Positions 62,153 through 64,000 of a stretch of 64,000 nucleotides of DNA are shown in pieces. The stretch is from contig NC_043008.1 in assembly GCF_006345805.1 (NCBI RefSeq), positions 11,532,001 through 11,596,000 of the forward strand. The letters run 5' to 3'. The translations under genes and the position numbers were made by a program. This stretch comes from Octopus sinensis (Eukaryota). Each line of letters opens with the position of its first letter. Position 1 is the first letter of the stretch. The notes beneath the pieces are model-generated. The model searched no databases. It saw only the letters and a list, made by a program, of their open reading frames with translations, and was not told where the DNA came from.

Positions 62153-62804
62153 AGGCAACTGCTGTAGTTATGTTGAGAGTCTGCTTTGAGGTTACCATAG
62201 TGCATAAGTACACCACATGGAGTTGTATATTAATGAATCTGCTATTTTTACAAATTAAGTAGGGAAAGTATTCAGGGACCTACCAAGAGAATATTTACAA
62301 TATTTCCTAATACAATAATCCAAATTATATCGTACTGTACTTTCTTTTAGAAGGCATATACGTTTCCATATTCTATTACTATTATAGTTTATTTTTTATT
62401 TTTTATTTATAGACACAGCAGAATATTAAACGGTAAAAATATAGATTATGAAGGATTGCAAAAATATACAAAACACGATAAAATATAAGTACATCTTGTT
62501 CAAGTTAGTGAATACCCATTTACTTATCGAGGTGGAAATAGAAGAAATTCCCGCCAGATTAATTTTTCTGAAAATACAATGAAGCATCTCCGAAACGAAA
62601 AGATCGATAATTTCATAACGGAATTTTTTTATCGCTATTATGTAAAAAGAACAAATATTACGAATGCTTAGAAACACATAAACAAGTACTGAATCATACA
62701 CACACACACACAAACACACATACACATAGTTGCGTATTTATTTGTGCATGCATACATAAATCTCTCTCTGTCTCTCCCTGTCTGTATATATATATATATG
62801 CATG

Positions 62805-62864
<60 letters not shown>

Positions 62865-62920
62865 GTTTATATTTCTATATCTTGCTCTATATTATTCTCT
62901 TTTTCTCTGTATATATATAT

Positions 62921-62992
<72 letters not shown>

Positions 62993-63133
62993 ATATATAT
63001 TATATATATCTTTATATATATATATAAAGAGAGAGAGAGAGAGAGAGGGAAAGAGACATACACTCACGTATATATAATTATATATATATATATATACATA
63101 CAGAAAGAGTGAGTAAAAGATATATATATATAT

Positions 63134-63175
<42 letters not shown>

Positions 63176-63240
63176 CATGCACTCACGCATACATAAGTAT
63201 ATGTATATATATATATATATATATATAGCTATATACACAA

Positions 63241-63287
<47 letters not shown>

Positions 63288-63399
63288 CTACATTCTTCTC
63301 TATTTTTTACTCTTTCTTTCTGTATATATATATATACGTATATATATATATATGTATATATATAATATATATATATATATCTTACTATCTATCTATCTA

Positions 63400-63444
<45 letters not shown>

Positions 63445-64000
63445 ATGTATATGTTATATTACATGCAGCAGACATATACATTCATATATATATGTATGGT
63501 TGTATAATACTCGTGTGACTATGCATGCAAGTGTACAGTTTTGTATTCAGCTTTAGTTGTATTAAAATAACCACATAATAGAAATGCTAGCGTGCTATGA
63601 AAATAAAATACCAAATAGTCATACGATTTAGAGCTTTATATCTGATTTCCTTTTAACCGACAATAGATGTAAATCCAATAGAATAGAAATGTGTAATACA
63701 TAGTTTTTTCTCTCCATGTGAATGATAAATTAGAGAATAAGTTTAAGAGTTAAGTGTTTGTAAAGGCATTCAGAAAATTTCTAATGCTTCACATCTCATG
63801 TAACTACTTTCCGATTACCGAAAGCATAAATAGCTGACGCTGAATAATAGAAGCGAGGAAATATGCAGAGATGAAATTCATTTTGTAAAGAATAGCAATG
63901 AAGTTACTTACGAGAGAAACGACGTAAGAATCTACGTTGAAGACATGTTATTGATACAGACAGAATGGTGGCAACATCTTAGTGATTTTTCTTTATTGGG

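Noticed and set aside
320-63365. Dozens of ORFs rich in YI/IY, CV/VC, HT/TH, LS and poly-N/S/I
   Set aside because: Translations of (TA)n, (TG)n, (CA)n, (TC)n, (TATC)n and trinucleotide microsatellites
63895-63935. GAAACGACGTA near-palindromic helix III
   Set aside because: No matching helix I or core upstream

Overview
AT-rich, microsatellite-saturated animal DNA with one 100-N assembly gap (20672-20771). From memory, the repeat families match those of an octopod cephalopod (Octopus sp.). I found no convincing host protein-coding exon; almost all ORFs in the track are translated microsatellites or SINEs. The window is mostly retroelement debris: four tRNA-derived SINE families (about 30 copies), 5'-truncated LINEs (Dong/R4, RTE, CR1, Tx1/L1-like), small Tc1/pogo MITE remnants and many Penelope-like element (PLE) remnants. 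The main unannotated signal is a set of at least 7 sequence-distinct type I hammerhead-ribozyme motifs. Each has a self-complementary helix III (ACGCGCGT, ACGT, ACTC-A-GAGT, ATCTATAGAT, ACGATCGT, ACTAGT, ACA(G/A)CTGT), the signature of the dimer-dependent minimal hammerheads of PLEs. Many sit in fold-back palindromes next to (TA)n tracts. Other points of interest: a SINE and a CR1 LINE share a 40-nt 3' tail with a compensatory stem change, a SINE forms a tandem array, and a Dong/R4 element sits in (TAA)n. All folds and alignments were done by eye and none was computed or tested.
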